NCBI GenBank assembly: GCA_965205215.1
Contig: OZ242041.1
Coordinates: forward strand, 1,600,001-1,664,000
Reading direction: 5' to 3'
Length of the DNA stretch: 64,000 nucleotides
Source of the DNA: Nitrosopumilus sp.
Lineage (GTDB): Archaea; Thermoproteota; Nitrososphaeria; Nitrososphaerales; Nitrosopumilaceae
Positions 60,289-64,000 of this stretch are shown piece by piece (the stretch's first letter is position 1; each line of letters begins with the position of its first letter). A model generated the notes under the pieces. The model saw only the letters and a list, made by a program, of their open reading frames with translations, had not been told where the DNA came from and searched no databases. The position numbers were made by a program, and so were the translations under genes.

Positions 60289-60394
60289 CAACAAGACGTC
60301 CGCCAGGCGCCGTCGCTGCCAAACCCGCGCCCCAAGCGGCGGCGAAAAAGGCCGGCTTTGTACACAACCGCGGGGCAACAGGCCGGCCGCAGTA

Positions 60395-61771
60395 TCATCT
60401 CATGCTCTCGGACATCTCTTTGCAGAGAACGGCACCGCACGGGCACGTGTGGTCGCAGATGCACGAGTCCTGCATCTGGCAGTCGCACTCGGAGCTCATC
60501 TCGACTGACGCGGCGCATCCGCACGTGGCATCCTCCGCCGCTATCGCGGGGGGTGCCGAGCTGGGCTCACTCTGCTGCTGCTGCTGCGGCTGTTCCTGCT
60601 CGTAATGGCTGCGCGTCATTTGATAGTCCACGTCACCCTTTAGCTGGGCCTCGCCCCTGTTTGTCTGGTATCCCCCGGACGCCGAGCTGGTCTGGTATCC
60701 CACGAGATGGGTAGGGTCTATCCCCTGCTGGCCCTGCTTTTCGTTCTTTAGTGCGCGATTACTGACAAAAAAGAACGCAATGCCCGCGACGGCGGCCATT
60801 CCGGCCATGCCATATATGATCATTATTGGAAAGTCGCCCGTGGCCGTAGTGCTAGGTGCAGTAGACGTCACGCCTGCAATTTCAACTCCTTCAAGGATGT
60901 CAATGACACCGTACCCGATTATGTTCAGGTTGCCCTGGTCGGGGGACTGTATGCTCTTTACCACATATTCTTGATCAACCATTATGATCTCTTCCTCGAT
61001 TCGTTCGACCTGCCTTCCCTGCTGAAGGTTGCTCTCGCCCATGGTCCAGCTCGACTTTACAAAGCCCGATATCTCATCGCCTAGTCCGAAGGTTCCAGCG
61101 TCGACGTTGATTCCAGTCGGGTCGAACAGAAAGTGCCAGTTCTCAAGCGGCTGTTCCAAGACAAAGTCGGCATTAATCAGATACTCGTCGAATATGCGCT
61201 CGCCGGCGGTTCCGGATATCGTGTCCCGCGTCACTGGCAGGTTGTCCGCTACAAACGTAAACGGATCGTTGATCTCCTGGCCGTCAATCATGACGCTGCC
61301 GTCGACTGAGAGCCCCCTCCAGCCCAGATCAACGAGTGTCTTCTGGGAGTCCTGCGTAATTACATAGTTCACAAGCTCCCCAACCAGAATAATCTTGTAG
61401 TCTAACGACGCGCGCTCATCACCGCCGTAGAGTGCGAACGTATAGTCCACCTCCATGTCGGATATGCTGACCTGGCTGCCGCTCTGAAGTATGGCCGTGT
61501 TGAGCCTATCGATTAGAGACTGCACATCAGGATGGCTGGAATCATACTGGCCCGATATGGTAATGTCGTTTCCTCGCAGCTCGTCGACCAGCACTCCGCC
61601 ATCCTCGTACCATATGTGAATGGTTTTCAGATAGCTCATCTTAAAGGGCGAGGTATCTGCAGTCGGGATTATGGTAGCGTCAAGTTGGGCGGCCCACGAG
61701 TCGGAGGCGCCTCCTCCAAGAGCGAGCAGGCCGGCGGCGGCAAGACCCGCCACAAGAAATACTCTATTCAT
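60395..61771 (-). CDS. Type I membrane protein: signal peptide, acidic extracellular domain, TM helix, Cys-rich tail
   Basis: Signal peptide, TM IMIIYGMAG...FFFV, C-terminal CGC..CDC..CIC...CPC....C. Confidence 0.85.
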   Translation of the reverse strand: MNRVFLVAGLAAAGLLALGGGASDSWAAQLDATIIPTADTSPFKMSYLKTIHIWYEDGGVLVDELRGNDITISGQYDSSHPDVQSLIDRLNTAILQSGSQVSISDMEVDYTFALYGGDERASLDYKIILVGELVNYVITQDSQKTLVDLGWRGLSVDGSVMIDGQEINDPFTFVADNLPVTRDTISGTAGERIFDEYLINADFVLEQPLENWHFLFDPTGINVDAGTFGLGDEISGFVKSSWTMGESNLQQGRQVERIEEEIIMVDQEYVVKSIQSPDQGNLNIIGYGVIDILEGVEIAGVTSTAPSTTATGDFPIMIIYGMAGMAAVAGIAFFFVSNRALKNEKQGQQGIDPTHLVGYQTSSASGGYQTNRGEAQLKGDVDYQMTRSHYEQEQPQQQQQSEPSSAPPAIAAEDATCGCAASVEMSSECDCQMQDSCICDHTCPCGAVLCKEMSESMR

Positions 61772-62778
61772 ATGATACGATTGGCATAAATAGAGTAATA
61801 AATCTATCTTGCAAAATAAAGCCCGGGCTCAGGCCCCTTGAAAATTCGTGCCTGCCGGCTTCCGTCTTATTCAGATTTCACGGGGTGGGTGCGCGGGCCC
61901 ATACAAGGCAAAGACGACGGTATCGTCCCGCAGTTTCGACGAGCAGGCATCCAACGAGACAGGCGGGATCCCACCGCGCGAGATGGATTTGCCGACAGGT
62001 TTTGGATTTACGCGAGTCGGACAGGCAGGCAGCCCCGCCAAGCACCCTCCGAGACGGCCGGTGCGTGACGGCCCCGCATAGATGCGGGGGACACATTATC
62101 TCGCCGCGACGCCGCATGTCAGGAATGTGGAGAGTCCGGCTGCGGCAGGGATCCGCGAACGGCCGCGGCCAAGCCGGCTTCCAGAAAACGGCGGGGGTGT
62201 TTTGGACGGGCCGGAGTATGGTGCGAGGTCCGCGGCCCATGCCCGCCAAGCTGCCGGCGGACCGGGGAACCTGAAGGGAGAGGGAGCGAATATCGGCAGG
62301 CGGCCAACATGAAAAGGAGGGGAGCGCGGTCGCGCAAGGCCGGCCAAGGCGGGCGCGCGCCGCGGCAAAGAAACGTCTGTCGCCGGCCGCGCAAACTCAA
62401 TCCTGCAGCACGCTGTCAGGCTTTGCGAATTGCAGCCCCTCCGTGTCCGGTCCCCGGGCCAGACGCGACATGAGGTAGTGTGTTTTTTGTCCCGCTGTTT
62501 TTCGCGCGCACGCGCGAAAATGGAGGGAGTCGCGGCACGTACGTCGACTTGATCCTCCCACGTCTTTTGCGTTCTTTGCTGCGTCTCTTTTGGAGATGTG
62601 TTGGCGCAACGGCCCACACGATCAAGGCGGCTTGCAATCATGACGCGTCGTGATCTTTAAACCTCCACGACATCGGAAAGGCGACGGGCGGCTCCGTTCT
62701 TGCGCGTGTCTTGTGCATGCAATTTCCAAAACTAAATATGGAGCAGAGCCGACGTAGCCTGCATAGTTTTGGAGGAAG

Positions 62779-63708
62779 ATGGCTGACGTGATAACGGTAC
62801 TTGCGGGCGGTACGGGCTCTGTGAAGATGGTCAGGGGGCTGGCAGCTCAGGAATCCAAGGTCAACGTGATAAGTAACGTCGGCGACAACTACTGGTTGTA
62901 CGGGCTGTATGTCTGCCCCGACATTGACACCATAATGTACGGCCTGGCAGACCTGCTCGACCAAGAGAAGGGATGGGGGGTCAAAAAGGACACGTTTAAC
63001 TTTCTGCGACAGATGGAGGTGTTCGGCGAGGAGACGTGGTTTAGGATGGGCGACAGGGACGCGGCAACCCATCTGATCAGAACCAACATGCTCAAGAACG
63101 GAAAGAACCTAACGGACATTACAAAGTGGATGTGCGAAAGGTTTGCAGTGGGCGTCAACATAATTCCCGTCACGGACAACACCATAGAGACCAGGATAAG
63201 TACGAGCAAGGGCGAGATGCACCTCCAGGAATACTGGGTCAAGTACAGGGGGCGCGACGAGGTCGAGGGCATACAGTATATCGGCGCAGAAAAGGCGCGT
63301 CCAAACCCAGAGGCAGTCAACGCGATACAGAATTCAAAGCTCGTGATACTCGCCCCCGGAAACCCGCTCACGTCAATAGGCCCCATGTTGCAGATAAAGG
63401 GGATAAAAAAGGAGCTCGCAAGGGCAAAGAAAAAGGTGGTCGCCATAAGCCCGCTGATTGGCGACAGCTCCATAACCGGACCGGCCGCAAAGTACATGAA
63501 GGCGGCAGGAATCGAGTCCAACGCGTACGGGCTTGCAAAGATGTACTCGGACGTATGCTCCAACATTGTAATAGACACAAAGGACAGGGCGCTTGCAAAA
63601 AAGATACGCAGCCTGGACATGAGCGTATACGAGACGAAGATCACCATGAAGAACAAGGCCGCAGAGGAGGCGCTAGCCAGCTTTGTCACAAAGCAGGTAC
63701 ACGCGTGA
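62779..63708 (+). CDS. cofD: 2-phospho-L-lactate transferase
   Basis: LAGGTG..K, CPDIDT, WFRMGDRD.ATH, HLQEYWV, NPLTSIGP. Confidence 0.96.
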   Translation: MADVITVLAGGTGSVKMVRGLAAQESKVNVISNVGDNYWLYGLYVCPDIDTIMYGLADLLDQEKGWGVKKDTFNFLRQMEVFGEETWFRMGDRDAATHLIRTNMLKNGKNLTDITKWMCERFAVGVNIIPVTDNTIETRISTSKGEMHLQEYWVKYRGRDEVEGIQYIGAEKARPNPEAVNAIQNSKLVILAPGNPLTSIGPMLQIKGIKKELARAKKKVVAISPLIGDSSITGPAAKYMKAAGIESNAYGLAKMYSDVCSNIVIDTKDRALAKKIRSLDMSVYETKITMKNKAAEEALASFVTKQVHA

Positions 63709-63772
63709 CGTCTTGTCGCGGCAAGGCGCGTACGACCCAAGTATAATTACACCAATGCAGTGGTGACCTCAG

Positions 63773-64000
63773 TTGAGGACAGCGGCAATAATACCAGTCA
63801 AGAGATTCGAGGGGGCAAAGACGCGCCTCGGGCTTGGCGCTTCAGAGGTGGCAGAACTGTGCGGGGTGATGCTAAGGGAGATCATAGGCGTTGTATCCAC
63901 ATCCAGCCACATAGACCACACGTTTGTAGTGACCAGGGATCCAGAGGCCGAGAGGATGGTCGCAGAGTTCGGGAGCAGGTCAGGGAAAGGAGGCGGCCCA
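63773..64000 (+). CDS. cofC: 2-phospho-L-lactate guanylyltransferase (5' part, runs off the window)
   Basis: TTG start, translated by hand: AAIIPVKRFEGAKTRLG; follows cofD. Confidence 0.85.
   Translation, partial: MRTAAIIPVKRFEGAKTRLGLGASEVAELCGVMLREIIGVVSTSSHIDHTFVVTRDPEAERMVAEFGSRSGKGGGP

Noticed and set aside
1-64000. tRNA, rRNA or SRP RNA genes
   Set aside because: No T-arm/cloverleaf or rRNA signature noticed by eye; an intron-split tRNA could have been missed

Overview
GC-rich (roughly 60% by eye) chromosomal segment of an ammonia-oxidising archaeon (Nitrososphaerota/Nitrosopumilaceae-like; a host-associated, Cenarchaeum-like lineage is plausible but is inference). It is mostly core genes: FBP aldolase/phosphatase, ATP-dependent DNA ligase, tRNA splicing endonuclease, ArgRS, ProRS, DRG GTPase, sulfite reductase, rhodanese, Thi4, TrxB, SerB, CofE/CofD/CofC, EgtB/EgtD, SMC (frameshifted), Ino1, deoxyhypusine synthase, DinB, thaumarchaeosortase and RNase P RNA. 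There are three intact insertion sequences with inverted termini and target-site duplications: one IS5/IS903-like and two apparently identical single-ORF IS66-like copies. Main observations: (i) all three elements end 18-19 bp upstream of a host TATA-like box in the same back-to-back orientation; (ii) the two unrelated transposase families share a 16/17-identical promoter motif exactly 16 nt upstream of an in-frame ATG; (iii) two chromatin-type proteins are expanded by near-perfect tandem repeats (an 11x AT-hook-like basic protein and an Alba with a long acidic Pro/Glu tail); (iv) an MCR-like SDR with an altered catalytic motif, and a membrane protein with a metallothionein-like tail. All calls come from reading the sequence and recalled family motifs; no searches were run.
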